A stretch of 64,000 bases of DNA from an uncultured Prevotellaceae bacterium (GTDB lineage Bacteria > Bacteroidota > Bacteroidia > Bacteroidales > Bacteroidaceae). The position numbers and the translations under genes are program-made. Below, piece by piece: positions 45,272-55,005 of the stretch. The DNA lies in assembly GCA_947168555.1 (NCBI GenBank), contig CAMVMJ010000006.1, forward strand, positions 648-64,647, given 5' to 3'. The notes below the pieces were generated by a model. It ran no database searches. It was not told the origin of the DNA and worked only from the letters and a program-made list of their open reading frames with translations. Within the stretch, counting starts at the first letter, position 1; each line of letters starts with the position of its first letter.

Positions 45272-45613
45272 GTTATTCCCCCACTCCGCTTTTTCTCCAC
45301 AACTAAGGCCGCAAGAAATACTGCAAAAATCGGGCGTCTAAAATGTTAAAGAGAAACGCACTTCCGCGCTTCCCTACAGCACATTCCGAACATCTGCGCC
45401 TCAAAAACCGCCCTTCGTTTTAACATTTGTGGCCTCTGAGGGGAGTCTGGTCGGTCTCTGAGGGGAGGCTAAAAAGGGGCTTTTGAGACTCCAAAATTTT
45501 GCAATAGACTCTATTCCAATGCGTTGCGAATTTTAACACTTCATCCTCCAAGCACCCTTTCAGCGCCCGAGGACAATGTCAGGATTTTTCCTGGAACGCC
45601 CGAAAGGACGGAA

Positions 45614-46138
45614 TCACATGAACGTTACGGTCTCCGAGAGCGGCTTGCGCTCGAAATGACGCCACGCGGGCTTGAGGCCCTCGAGCGAAGCGTAGCCCAA
45701 ATCGAGCAGCATCACGATGTCCTCATTCTCCGGAAGTCCGATCGCTTCGTGGAGTTCGTCCATATGGACGGCATTGAGCCAGCAGCTGTCCACACCCTCG
45801 TCTTTGGCGGCCAGCATCATGTGTGTGGCCACAATGGCGGCGTCCTCGATGCCAGACTGACGGTTGCTGCCGGGATAGGTGTAGACGTTGTTCTTGTCGT
45901 AGGTAACGGCCAGCACCGTAGGCGCGCCGAAGCGGCAATGACTCCAGGCGTCCACTTTGGCCAGAGCCTCTTCACTCTGCAGCACATAGACGTGATGCTC
46001 CTGCAGATTCTTCGCCGTCGGGGCCAGACGACCGGCCTCCAGAATGGCCTTCAGAGCTTCCTCGGAAACCTGACGGTCGATGTAGCTGCGACATGAATAA
46101 CGCGCTTTAACAACTTCTTTGAACTCCATATTTTTCAA
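45614..46138 (-). CDS. nitroreductase family protein
   Basis: 174 aa. N-terminal VVKARYSCRSYIDRQV and LEAGRLAPTAKNLQ are typical of NAD(P)H-flavin nitroreductases. Confidence 0.82.
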   Translation of the reverse strand: MKNMEFKEVVKARYSCRSYIDRQVSEEALKAILEAGRLAPTAKNLQEHHVYVLQSEEALAKVDAWSHCRFGAPTVLAVTYDKNNVYTYPGSNRQSGIEDAAIVATHMMLAAKDEGVDSCWLNAVHMDELHEAIGLPENEDIVMLLDLGYASLEGLKPAWRHFERKPLSETVTFM

Positions 46139-46157
46139 TAATTTATTTATACCAAAA

Positions 46158-47516
46158 TCATTTCACGGCCTCCACAAGCTCTTCGGGCGTAAGCTGCTGC
46201 TGTTCGCCCGTCAGCATATTCTTGAGCGTCACCCTGCCTTCGCCGATTTCCGTCTCGCCGGCAATGGCCACGAAGGGCACACCCTTGGCGTTGGCGTATT
46301 GCATCTGCTTCTTCATCTTGACGGCGTCGGGGTATATCTCGCAACGGATGCCGGCTTCGCGGCAACGGCCGATGACGGGCAGCAGATACGCAGTCTCTTT
46401 CTCGCCGAAGTTGACAAACAGCAGCTGGGTGGACGTCAGCACCTCTTCGGGATAGAGCTCTAGCTGGTTGAGCACATCGTAGATGCGATCGGCGCCGAAG
46501 GAAATGCCGACACCCGAAAGTCCGGGCATGCCGAAGATGCCCGTCAGGTCGTCGTAGCGACCGCCGCCGGTGATACTGCCGATCTCCACATCGAGGGCCT
46601 TCACCTCGAAGATGCAGCCCGTGTAGTAGTTGAGGCCGCGCGCCAGCGTCAGATCCAGCTCGATGGGGTTCTTCAAAGCGTTCTGTCCGCTCAGCGTATT
46701 GAGCACATACTCAACCTCATCGACGCCCTTCTGCCCCACCTCGCTGCCGGCGATCACCTCGCGCATCACGGCAATCTTTTCAGCGCTGGTGCCGCTGAGC
46801 TTGATGATGGGCTGCAGCTTCTCCACAGCCTCTTCGGGCAATCCGTCTTGACGCAGCTCCTCGTTGACGGCATCGAGGCCGATTTTGTCCAGCTTGTCAA
46901 TAGCCACCGTAATGTCGACGATCTTGTCGGCCTGACCGATGACTTCTGCAATGCCGGAGAGGATTTTGCGGTTGTTTACCTTAATACAAACGCGCACGCC
47001 CAAACGGGTGAACACCGTATCGACGATTTGCATGAGCTCCACCTCGTTGAGCAGCGAATTGCTGCCCACGACGTCGGCGTCGCACTGATAGAATTCGCGA
47101 TAACGCCCCTTCTGCGGACGGTCTGCACGCCACACGGGCTGAATCTGATAGCGGCGGAACGGCAGCTGAAGCTCCTCGCGATGCTGCACGACGTAGCGCG
47201 CAAAAGGCACCGTAAGGTCGTAGCGAAGTCCTTTCTCCGAAAGACGCGAAGTGAGATGACCGATGGTGTCGCCCGTCCAGTCGTCGGCGGTGATGCCCTG
47301 ACGGAAGTCTCCGCTGTTGAGCAACTTGAAGAGCAGTTTGTCGCCCTCTTCGCCGTATTTTCCCATCAGCGTGGAGAGGTTCTCCATCGCCGGCGTTTCT
47401 ATCTGCTGAAAACCATAGAGAGAATATACCTGACGAATGGTGTTGAAGATATAGTTGCGACGGGCCATCTCCTGAGGGCCGAAATCGCGCGTTCCTTTGG
47501 GTATTGAGGGCTTCAT
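46158..47516 (-). CDS. hisS: histidine--tRNA ligase
   Basis: Start at [17 protein letters not shown]. Class II motifs [25 protein letters not shown] and GGGRYD. Confidence 0.93.
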   Translation of the reverse strand: MKPSIPKGTRDFGPQEMARRNYIFNTIRQVYSLYGFQQIETPAMENLSTLMGKYGEEGDKLLFKLLNSGDFRQGITADDWTGDTIGHLTSRLSEKGLRYDLTVPFARYVVQHREELQLPFRRYQIQPVWRADRPQKGRYREFYQCDADVVGSNSLLNEVELMQIVDTVFTRLGVRVCIKVNNRKILSGIAEVIGQADKIVDITVAIDKLDKIGLDAVNEELRQDGLPEEAVEKLQPIIKLSGTSAEKIAVMREVIAGSEVGQKGVDEVEYVLNTLSGQNALKNPIELDLTLARGLNYYTGCIFEVKALDVEIGSITGGGRYDDLTGIFGMPGLSGVGISFGADRIYDVLNQLELYPEEVLTSTQLLFVNFGEKETAYLLPVIGRCREAGIRCEIYPDAVKMKKQMQYANAKGVPFVAIAGETEIGEGRVTLKNMLTGEQQQLTPEELVEAVK

Positions 47517-47636
47517 TTTGGCTGATAATAATGTATTTACTATAAAAAAACTCACTATTTTTGTGCAAAAGTACAAAAAAAAGGCCAAAACGCCGTCCCG
47601 AAAGACAAGTTTTTTTTATATGTGCGATTTTTTTCT

Positions 47637-47644
47637 TACTTTTG
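47637..47644 (+). promoter_or_regulatory. Bacteroidota -7 promoter box (TACTTTTG)
   Basis: Lies 19 nt upstream of the ATG at 47664. Confidence 0.5.
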
Positions 47645-47663
47645 CAGCGATTTTCAGAGCAGA

Positions 47664-49502
47664 ATGGAACAACTGACCGACAGAGAACTGAAAAGCAGAC
47701 TCGGACTTGAGGAAACCCGCCTCAACCACATAGGCGAAAGTATTCAGCGCGTGATACGCCTGAAAGACGCCCTGCTGCAATATGGCGAAGTGTATGCCCA
47801 ATACAGTTCGCTGCTCGAACAGTTGAAAGAGCTTCGCCGCAAGGAGGCCACTCTTGCGCCCGAGGCCGCACAGATGAAGCGCTACGAATCCATTGAAAGC
47901 ATCACGACGCCCGTCGTGCGCCTGAGTCTGATGCGCGAGGACACCAAAGAGAGCATGCAGCTCTCCCACAAGACCATCACCACCGGCAAAGAGCTCGACC
48001 GCTTCGTGGTGGAAGCCAGAAAGCAGATTGCGCAAAACCTCTCCGGCATCGAAAGCCGCAAGAAGTCGATGGAAGACGCTGCAGAAACACTCTGCTCCAG
48101 CCGTCATCACGAAGGCGCTTTGGAGGTGTTGGAGCAAAACATCGCCAATCTGGAGAACCTCGCCGACCAAATCACACAGCACAGGACCGAAAGCCAACAA
48201 ATCGTGCGCCAGCTGGAAGAACAGACGGCGCTGAAGAAAAAAGAGCTCGACCGCATGGAGAAAAGACCTCTGGTGGGGCATCTCGACATGCTGGAGAAGG
48301 TCAGCGTGGTGCTCACCCGCCTGCAACGCATGCAGTCGCTCAAACAGAGCAGCGTGCAAGTGGGCAAAAAAGTGGACGAAGTGAAGGTGGGACTGGAAAA
48401 AGAAACCGCAGCCCTGAATCAGCTGCGCGAAAAGACCATCGTCATCGATCAGCAGATACAGCACCAGCTGGAAGCCATCAACGCCCTGCGCATTGACACC
48501 ACACAAGAAGACAGCACGGTGAAGAAAGACCGGCTCTCAAGCCTCACCAAGACGATGAACAACCTGGGCAATGAGCGCGACGAGTTGTTACGCCAGATTG
48601 CCGGGCTCAACGTGGCCTATGAGGTGCATCTGGACCAACTGGAGCACTTCAAGGCGGAAGAGAAAGAGATGGAAGAGGCCTACCTCATGCTCTACGAACA
48701 GCTGCAGAACATCATTTCGCTGCACGACTGGTACACCACGTTTGAGAAAGACCCCTCCGCCGTGATCCAGCGCATCGAGACCATGAAGCTCGACTGGGAA
48801 ACGCACAAAGAACGCGTGGCGGAAATGGCCCACAACATAGACATTCTCGAGACCAAACTCTCAGATCGCAAGGAAGAGCTCCACTGGCAGGAGGAGCGCG
48901 CCGAACGCTTCAGCGAGCAGATTATCAACATGAATCATCTGCGCCAGCAGTTGCGCCAGGACCTCACGGGCATCACACCCGACGGCAGCCGTCCGGAAGA
49001 CTATTATAATAAGAAAAAAGAAGCCTTCACGCAGGAGTTGGAAACACTGCAGGGCTACATCGACAGCTATCAGGACAAATGCCTCGAAGCCCAAAGAAAC
49101 GCGGGCCGCGTGGAAGCCATACACGAAATCGACGAGGCGCGCAAGAAACGCATGGAACAGATGCAAAGCCAGGTGGATCTCTGGCTGCATCAATACAGCG
49201 CCGATCACGCTCCGCTGCAATACGTCCAGTTGGAGGATATCCTCACGGGCGATCACCCCTGGAGCAAACATCGCGACGAGGTGTTGCAGACGCGCGTGGA
49301 CGTTGCCTCAATGGAGGCCCGCGTGGAAGAACTCAGAAAACAACTTGAACGCCTCGAAGGAGAAACCGGCGCCCTGCGTCCCGAAGAACTTTCTTCACTG
49401 ACGGTCAAGGCAGATATGGAATTGGAAAACTTAATAAGGGAACAAAAAGAAACAGCAATAAAACTCGCGAGACTGGAGATTCACATAAAAATGAGCTCCT
49501 GA
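47664..49502 (+). CDS. long coiled-coil protein (function unknown)
   Basis: ORF 47622..49502. Start at MEQLTDRELKSRL. 612 aa, Glu/Leu/Gln/Lys-rich heptad-like sequence throughout, with no TM helix and no Walker motif seen. Confidence 0.7.
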   Translation: MEQLTDRELKSRLGLEETRLNHIGESIQRVIRLKDALLQYGEVYAQYSSLLEQLKELRRKEATLAPEAAQMKRYESIESITTPVVRLSLMREDTKESMQLSHKTITTGKELDRFVVEARKQIAQNLSGIESRKKSMEDAAETLCSSRHHEGALEVLEQNIANLENLADQITQHRTESQQIVRQLEEQTALKKKELDRMEKRPLVGHLDMLEKVSVVLTRLQRMQSLKQSSVQVGKKVDEVKVGLEKETAALNQLREKTIVIDQQIQHQLEAINALRIDTTQEDSTVKKDRLSSLTKTMNNLGNERDELLRQIAGLNVAYEVHLDQLEHFKAEEKEMEEAYLMLYEQLQNIISLHDWYTTFEKDPSAVIQRIETMKLDWETHKERVAEMAHNIDILETKLSDRKEELHWQEERAERFSEQIINMNHLRQQLRQDLTGITPDGSRPEDYYNKKKEAFTQELETLQGYIDSYQDKCLEAQRNAGRVEAIHEIDEARKKRMEQMQSQVDLWLHQYSADHAPLQYVQLEDILTGDHPWSKHRDEVLQTRVDVASMEARVEELRKQLERLEGETGALRPEELSSLTVKADMELENLIREQKETAIKLARLEIHIKMSS

Positions 49503-49543
49503 AACAGAGTACACACAACAACACACACAACACACACCAAACT

Positions 49544-49960
49544 ATGAGCAAGTACAACATCAAAGCGAAAAAGGAGAAAAACCCCGAGTACCTGACCCTG
49601 CACAGCGTGGAATACGTAGAACGGGTGTACAGCCAGATTCTCCAAAAACTTGTGATCGAGAAAAAGTACCGTGACAAAGAGTATTCCGCCAGCTCCCTCT
49701 CCAAGGAAATCGGTGTGAACACCCGTTGCCTGTCCTCAGTCATCAATCTGAGATACCGCGACAACTTCTCCCAGATGGTGAACGACATGCGCATACGCGA
49801 AGCACAGTATATGCTCTCCGACCGTCATTTCCGCGACAAAAACGTTGAGGAGATCGGTGCAGAAGTGGGCTACCTGACCCGCCAGAGCTTCTATACCGCC
49901 TTCTACAAGCGCACCAAGATGACGCCTAAAGAATACAGAAAACAATTCTATAAGGAATGA
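49544..49960 (+). CDS. AraC-type helix-turn-helix protein (DNA-binding domain only)
   Basis: 138 aa. The segment IGAEVGYLTRQSFYTAFYKRTKMTPKEYR is the second HTH of AraC/XylS regulators. There is no ligand-binding domain. Confidence 0.75.
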   Translation: MSKYNIKAKKEKNPEYLTLHSVEYVERVYSQILQKLVIEKKYRDKEYSASSLSKEIGVNTRCLSSVINLRYRDNFSQMVNDMRIREAQYMLSDRHFRDKNVEEIGAEVGYLTRQSFYTAFYKRTKMTPKEYRKQFYKE

Positions 49961-50002
49961 GCGGCGCCCGCAGGACGGACGCGAGGCTCTTCTGAACTGC
50001 AC

Positions 50003-51886
50003 ATGACAAAATTCGCCGACATTCAGATACTGCACTACAAAGTGCTCGGATTTGAGGCGCTGCCTCTCCGCACCAAACTTTATATCTATCACCTCTCCGA
50101 AGCCGCCCTCTGGGGGCGCGACATCCTATGGGACCAGAACGGACGCTACAACCTGCGCATCCGACGTCTCTTGGAGCGTATTCTGCCCCAAACGGACAAT
50201 GAGGACTTTCACACCTACATCCGTCAGGTGTGGTTTGCCAACGGCATCCACCACCACTACTCCACGGATAAATTTCAGCCCCGATTCAGCGAAGAGTGGC
50301 TGAGACAGTATACGGACGACGACGAACTCGTCAACGTCATCATGAATCCGGAAGTGATGCCCAAGAGGGTGTGTCAGAGCGGCGAAGATCTGATTCAGGG
50401 GAGCGCTTCCAACTACTACGGCGAAGACGTCACGCAGCAGGAAGCGGAAGACTTCTACAACACGCTGAAGGCCCAGGCGCCTAATCCCGATGAACCTGTA
50501 GCCTACGGCATGAATTCCAGACTGGAGCACAGGAACGGTGCGTTGTACGAGAATATTTACAGACTCGGCGGACTCTATACGCAAGCCATAGAACACATCT
50601 GCGAGGAACTTTCTTTGGCGCGCAAGTACGCCGAGAATCCGCAGCAGCAAAAGGTCATCGATCTTTTATTGGAGTTCTACAGAAGCGGAGACCTGGAAAC
50701 CTTCGACCGCTACACCATCGAGTGGGTCCAAGAGACGGAAGGCTTTGTAGACTTCGTCAACGGCTTCACCGAAACCTACGGTGATCCGCTCGGGCTGAAA
50801 GCCTCATGGGAAGGCTACGTGAACTATCGCGACAGGGAAGCCACAAAACGTGCCGATCTGCTTTCGGCCAACGCCCAATGGTTCGAAGATCACTCGCCCG
50901 TGGACGAACGCTTCAAAAAGAAAGAGTGCAAAGGGGTCTCAGCCCGCGTTGTGAACGCCGCCATACTCGGAGGTGACCTCTACCCCTCCTCTGCCATCGG
51001 CATCAATCTGCCCAACTCCAACTGGGTGCGGGCCGCACACGGCAGCAAAAGCGTCACCATCGGCAATCTCACAGCCGCCTACGAAGAAGCCGCCAAAGGC
51101 AGCGGATTCCGCGAGGAGTTTGTTATCGATGCCGACACAGTGGCACAAATCGACCGTTACAGCGCTGTGACGGACGACCTACACACCGATCTGCACGAAT
51201 GTCTCGGACACGGCAGCGGACGTCTGCTTCCGGGCGTCGATGCTGACGCGCTCGGCGTATACGGCGCAGCGATAGAAGAAGCACGTGCCGATCTTTTCGG
51301 CCTTTACTACATTGCCGACAAAAAAATGGTGGAGCTCGGACTTGTGCCTGATGCGGAAGCCTGGAAGTCGCAGTACTACAGCTACATGATGAACGGCGCA
51401 ATGACACAACTCGTACGCATCAAACGGGGCTGCGTCATCGAAGAAGCCCACATGCGCAACCGCAGCCTCATCGCCCATTGGTGTCTGGCTCAGGCAGAGT
51501 ATTGGGGACGTTGTTTCAATATGTCTCCGGCACTTGAACTCATCAAGCGCGACGGCAAGACCTATCTCCGCATCAACGATTACATCACCCTGCGTCAATA
51601 TGTCGGGCAACTGCTCGCAGAAATCCAGCGCATCAAATCCGAGGGCGATTTCGCTGCAGCAAAAAATTTGGTGGAGCGTTATGCCATCAATGTTGATGCG
51701 GGGTTGCACGAAGAAATGCTCTCACGCTACGAGGCGTTGCATCTGAGTCCCTACAAAGGTTTTGTAAATCCTGTTTACACACCCATAACGGACGCCGAAG
51801 GACACATTACGGACATCACCGTCAGCTACGACGAAGAGTTTGACGAACAGCAGTTGCGCTACTCCAAGCAGTACGCCACACTTTGA
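50003..51886 (+). CDS. dipeptidyl-peptidase III (peptidase M49)
   Basis: 627 aa. M49 zinc motifs HECLGHGSG (HExxGH) and EEARADL (EExRAx). Confidence 0.85.
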   Translation: MTKFADIQILHYKVLGFEALPLRTKLYIYHLSEAALWGRDILWDQNGRYNLRIRRLLERILPQTDNEDFHTYIRQVWFANGIHHHYSTDKFQPRFSEEWLRQYTDDDELVNVIMNPEVMPKRVCQSGEDLIQGSASNYYGEDVTQQEAEDFYNTLKAQAPNPDEPVAYGMNSRLEHRNGALYENIYRLGGLYTQAIEHICEELSLARKYAENPQQQKVIDLLLEFYRSGDLETFDRYTIEWVQETEGFVDFVNGFTETYGDPLGLKASWEGYVNYRDREATKRADLLSANAQWFEDHSPVDERFKKKECKGVSARVVNAAILGGDLYPSSAIGINLPNSNWVRAAHGSKSVTIGNLTAAYEEAAKGSGFREEFVIDADTVAQIDRYSAVTDDLHTDLHECLGHGSGRLLPGVDADALGVYGAAIEEARADLFGLYYIADKKMVELGLVPDAEAWKSQYYSYMMNGAMTQLVRIKRGCVIEEAHMRNRSLIAHWCLAQAEYWGRCFNMSPALELIKRDGKTYLRINDYITLRQYVGQLLAEIQRIKSEGDFAAAKNLVERYAINVDAGLHEEMLSRYEALHLSPYKGFVNPVYTPITDAEGHITDITVSYDEEFDEQQLRYSKQYATL

Positions 51887-52422
51887 GCAGCCTTTCGCAA
51901 CACGACGGAGGCCGTCTGCGGAATCGCATCCAAATGGTCTCGCAGTTCCGCCTCGCTTTCGGGCATCAGTTTTGCTCCTCCTCTCAAAAGATGACACAGG
52001 GTGTAGAGGCCGCAGAGCATCGGCAACTCCTTTCCGGATGCCAACCATCTGAAAGCATAATCGCAGGCCCAGCGCTGCGGACGAATCAACGTCATGGCCA
52101 AAAGTGAAGCCTCTTCCGGCGTACGCAATTCTGATACCCATATATCCGCGACTTCAGCCAAATACTCCTGCGGCGGCGTCAAAAGGATGGCAGCCAAACG
52201 CGACTCGCGCACATTCTCATGCCAAAGTTCTTGCGCCATCGCACGATCCTGCTCATACTCTGACAGAATCTCTCTAAGTCGCGGCAACTCAATGCCGAAG
52301 ATTACATGAAACGACATCCCCGCCTCTCTCATTTTTTGAGAGGCGATGCCGTTCATTGCTGCACGGAAATCGCTCTTAAGCCCGGGAAATGGTTTGGGCA
52401 CGATCGGGACCGACACTGACAA
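51859..52422 (-). CDS. DNA alkylation repair (AlkD-like HEAT repeat) protein
   Basis: 187 aa. The pattern FRAAMNGIASQKMREAGMSF...GIELPRLREI matches my recollection of the Bacteroidota DNA-alkylation-repair family. The start overlaps the purA 3' end by 47 nt and could instead be the Met at 52356. Confidence 0.6.
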   Translation of the reverse strand: MSVSVPIVPKPFPGLKSDFRAAMNGIASQKMREAGMSFHVIFGIELPRLREILSEYEQDRAMAQELWHENVRESRLAAILLTPPQEYLAEVADIWVSELRTPEEASLLAMTLIRPQRWACDYAFRWLASGKELPMLCGLYTLCHLLRGGAKLMPESEAELRDHLDAIPQTASVVLRKAAQSVAYCLE

Positions 52423-53647
52423 TCGTTATGGGTGTCTCCAAAGCCTTCTCCAGATAATCGATATAGTTCTGGAACGCCTTGGGGAACTGATCCGGCGAAG
52501 TGAGACCCGTCAGATCCGTTTTCCATCCGGGAAGCTCCTCATAGACAGCCTCCCAACCTTCTGTGTCGTAGGGCATGTCCTCTGTCACGACACCGCCTTT
52601 CTTATAAGCCACACAAGCCTTAATGGTGTCGAAGGTGTCCAGCACGTCGGACTTCATCATGATCAATTGCGTCACGCCGTTGAGGGCAATGGCATACTTC
52701 AATGCCACCAGATCCACCCATCCGCAACGACGGTTACGACCCGTCACTGCACCGTATTCGTTGCCAATCTCGCGAATTTTGTCGCCAGTCTCGTCAAAGA
52801 GCTCCACGGGGAACGGACCGCTGCCGACACGAGTGGAGTAAGCCTTGAAGATGCCGAAAATCTCACCGATAGCATTGGGAGCTACACCAAGACCCGTGCA
52901 GACGCCGCCGCTGCAAGTGGACGAAGACGACACAAAAGGATAAGTACCGTGATCGATGTCGAGCATCGTGCCCTGTGCCCCCTCCGCCAAAACACTCTTG
53001 CCGGCCTTCAGGGCTTTGTGCAGCTCTATTTCGGTATCGGTAAGAGGGAACGACTTCATGTACTCCACACCTTCGAGCCACAAACGCTCTTCTTCCGTAA
53101 TATCGTAGTCGGTGTAGTGCAAGTCTTTCAGAATTTGTTCGTGACGACTCTTCAATGCGGTATATTTCTCGGAGAAATTCTCCAAGATGTCTCCGACACG
53201 CAAAGAAGTGCGGGCTGCCTTTTCGGAATAAGTGGGACCTATGCCCTTTCCGGTGGTGCCGACTTTATTCTTGCCCTTTGCAGCCTCATATGCGCGATCC
53301 AGCACACGATGCGTGGGCAAAATGAGATGTGCACGCTTGGAGATATGCAGACGGCTCTTAAGATCGTAGCCGGCAGCTTCCAACTCCTTGGCCTCTGCCA
53401 TGAACAGGTCGGGGGCAATCACGCAACCGTTGCCGATAATGTTGACCTTGCCCTCATCAAAGATGCCGCTCGGAATACTGCGGAGAACAAACTTTTTGCC
53501 TTCGAAAATAATGGTATGTCCGGCATTCGGACCTCCGGCGAAACGCGCAACGATATCATACTTAGGCGTAAAGCAGTCAACCACCTTACCTTTGCCTTCG
53601 TCACCAAAAACAATACCCAAGAGGGCATCTACTTTTCCTTTTGCCAT
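52376..53647 (-). CDS. purA: adenylosuccinate synthase
   Basis: 423 aa. Motifs FGDEGKGKVVD, GPNAGHT, GTTGKGIGPTY. Confidence 0.95.
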   Translation of the reverse strand: MAKGKVDALLGIVFGDEGKGKVVDCFTPKYDIVARFAGGPNAGHTIIFEGKKFVLRSIPSGIFDEGKVNIIGNGCVIAPDLFMAEAKELEAAGYDLKSRLHISKRAHLILPTHRVLDRAYEAAKGKNKVGTTGKGIGPTYSEKAARTSLRVGDILENFSEKYTALKSRHEQILKDLHYTDYDITEEERLWLEGVEYMKSFPLTDTEIELHKALKAGKSVLAEGAQGTMLDIDHGTYPFVSSSSTCSGGVCTGLGVAPNAIGEIFGIFKAYSTRVGSGPFPVELFDETGDKIREIGNEYGAVTGRNRRCGWVDLVALKYAIALNGVTQLIMMKSDVLDTFDTIKACVAYKKGGVVTEDMPYDTEGWEAVYEELPGWKTDLTGLTSPDQFPKAFQNYIDYLEKALETPITIVSVGPDRAQTISRA

Positions 53648-53731
53648 AGCAATAAATTATTTTTGCGCGACAAAGGTACAAAGAAATTTCCACTTATCGA
53701 CCCGCATACGGGACTTTTTTTCCGTCGGGAT

Positions 53732-53771
53732 AAAAAAAAGCCCTTCCGCAGGTCAAGAATCGCGGAAGGGC
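53732..53771 (-). terminator. intrinsic terminator after 53794..54135
   Basis: On the minus transcript, GCCCTTCCGC / GCGGAAGGGC form a 10-bp stem with a 12-nt loop, followed by U8. Confidence 0.8.
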
Positions 53772-53793
53772 CAAACAACAAACTTCTTTTCAA

Positions 53794-54135
53794 TCAATCA
53801 ACTGACTTGGTGCGTGCCTCAAAATCACGTCCAGTCTTAAAAGAAGGCATCTCAGGGGCGGTGATGGTGATGACCACTTCGCTACCCTCTGCCAGAAGCA
53901 ACGTCTCATCAATCGTGTTGATGGAGAGTGTTCCGTTTTCTACAGAATAACGTATTGCACTGGTGAGCAGGCTGTCTTCTGCAGAGAGGTTGATGCCATA
54001 CTGGCTGCCGCGAATCACGCGAACACGTGCGGGGACATTGACTTTCACCTCGCTGAAGGCGTTTATGTTCTTCACCTCAGCATTCATGCCAAGCGTCATC
54101 ATCACGACAGCAATAAGAACCAATACTTTTTTCAT
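53794..54135 (-). CDS. small exported DUF2807/GIN-domain-like protein
   Basis: 113 aa. Signal peptide MKKVLVLIAVVMMTLGMNA. The segment FSEVKVNVPARVRVIRGSQYGINLSAEDSLL resembles the N-terminal part of putative auto-transporter head (GIN) domain proteins. Confidence 0.65.
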   Translation of the reverse strand: MKKVLVLIAVVMMTLGMNAEVKNINAFSEVKVNVPARVRVIRGSQYGINLSAEDSLLTSAIRYSVENGTLSINTIDETLLLAEGSEVVITITAPEMPSFKTGRDFEARTKSVD

Positions 54136-54211
54136 CTTTCAAACAATCTTTTTACCTTAATAATAAAGTAGCTGCCCTTCTCCGGGGCTGCGCTTTTCTC
54201 TAAAAGCACTG

Positions 54212-54219
54212 CAAAGGTA
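54212..54219 (-). promoter_or_regulatory. Bacteroidota -7 promoter box (TACCTTTG) for 53794..54135
   Basis: The reverse complement of caaaggta. It predicts a 5' UTR of about 70 nt that includes 54141-54160. Confidence 0.55.
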
Positions 54220-54321
54220 CGGCAAAAGCTGATTTCATGCAAGAGGAAAGCCCTACTTTCTGCCACAAAAGCGCTCTTTCTTGACTGACATCAATTTTTT
54301 TGAAAAAAAGTTAGCAAAAGA

Positions 54322-54353
54322 TTTGGTCAATTAAAAAAATCGCCGTACCTTTG
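54322..54353 (+). promoter_or_regulatory. canonical promoter TTTG-N20-TACCTTTG for the tRNA cluster
   Basis: TTTG at 54322-54325 and TACCTTTG at 54346-54353. Confidence 0.65.
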
Positions 54354-54417
54354 CACCCGCAAACAAGGAAGAAAGGCCGAGCGAGGCTAATGAAGAGAGT
54401 TCCTTAAAGCATTTCTT

Positions 54418-54495
54418 GGGCAATTAGCGCAGCTGGTTCAGAGCATCTGCCTTACAAGCAGAGGGTCGGGGGTTCGAATCCCTCATTGCCCACCA
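54418..54495 (+). tRNA. tRNA-Val: tRNA-Val (anticodon TAC), CCA encoded
   Basis: Acceptor GGGCAAT/ATTGCCC. Anticodon stem TCTGC/GCAGA with loop CTTACAA. T-arm GGGGG TTCGAAT CCCTC. Confidence 0.9.
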
Positions 54496-54504
54496 AACAA
54501 GGAT

Positions 54505-54578
54505 GGCTCCTTAGCTCAACTGAATAGAGCATTTGACTACGGATCAAAAGGTTATAGGTTTGAATCCTATAGGAGTCA
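54505..54578 (+). tRNA. tRNA-Arg: tRNA-Arg (anticodon ACG)
   Basis: Acceptor GGCTCCT/AGGAGTC. Anticodon stem TTTGA/TCAAA with loop CTACGGA. T-arm ATAGG TTTGAAT CCTAT. Confidence 0.85.
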
Positions 54579-54634
54579 CAACACTTCAAGACGACTCAGA
54601 GGAGTCTAAAAAGACAATTTACTGAAAAAGTGTC

Positions 54635-54717
54635 GGGTAGATACCAGAGTGGCCAAATGGGGCAGACTGTAAATCTGCTGGCTTATGCCTTCGGTGGTTC
54701 GAATCCATCTCTACCCA
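54635..54717 (+). tRNA. tRNA-Tyr: tRNA-Tyr (anticodon GTA), long variable arm
   Basis: Acceptor GGGTAGA/TCTACCC. Anticodon loop CTGTAAA. Variable arm GGCTTATGCCTTC. T-arm GGTGG TTCGAAT CCATC. Confidence 0.88.
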
Positions 54718-54762
54718 CATCGTGTTGAATCGGAAACGCAGTGAACAGCGAGTTCCTTGAAT

Positions 54763-54835
54763 GCGGAAATAGCTCAGTTGGTAGAGCACAACCTTGCCAA
54801 GGTTGGGGTCGCGAGTTCGAGTCTCGTTTTCCGCT
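54763..54835 (+). tRNA. tRNA-Gly: tRNA-Gly (anticodon GCC)
   Basis: Acceptor GCGGAAA/TTTCCGC. Anticodon stem CAACC/GGTTG with loop TTGCCAA. T-arm GCGAG TTCGAGT CTCGT. Confidence 0.9.
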
Positions 54836-54856
54836 CAATTTGACACAAAGAATTAC

Positions 54857-54930
54857 GGTGCGGTAGTTCAGCTGGTTAGAATACTAGCCTGTCACGCTAG
54901 GGGTCGCGGGTTCGAGTCCCGTCCGCACCG
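54857..54930 (+). tRNA. tRNA-Asp: tRNA-Asp (anticodon GTC)
   Basis: Acceptor GGTGCGG/CCGCACC. Anticodon stem CTAGC/GCTAG with loop CTGTCAC. T-arm GCGGG TTCGAGT CCCGT. Confidence 0.9.
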
Positions 54931-54936
54931 CAGAAG

Positions 54937-54962
54937 AAGGAGGTCTCAAGGCCTCCTTTTTT
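54937..54962 (+). terminator. intrinsic terminator after the tRNA cluster
   Basis: AAGGAGG / CCTCCTT 7-bp stem, 8-nt loop, followed by T6. Confidence 0.75.
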
Positions 54963-55005
54963 CGTTTGATATTGTTGCACTTGTTTGTCTCTAATACAAC
55001 AGTTT

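Noticed and set aside
45272-45613. A 340-nt gene-free gap downstream of tRNA-Ala with short inverted repeats (aaatgttaaa / tttaacattt) and a direct repeat ctctgaggggag. It could be the scar of an integrated element at a tRNA gene.
   Set aside because: There is no duplicated tRNA 3' end (att-like repeat), no integrase or other mobile gene on either side, and only a 26-codon ORF. The evidence is too weak to call a remnant.
45524-46096. A 190-aa plus-strand ORF overlapping the nitroreductase gene.
   Set aside because: It is antisense to a frame with clear nitroreductase motifs, and its own translation has no recognisable features.
54418-54930. The five-tRNA cluster as something unusual, such as a tRNA island or integration hotspot.
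   Set aside because: It has a single canonical promoter and a single terminator. All five fold into standard cloverleaves with ordinary anticodons (Val-TAC, Arg-ACG, Tyr-GTA, Gly-GCC, Asp-GTC). There are no flanking repeats or mobile genes.
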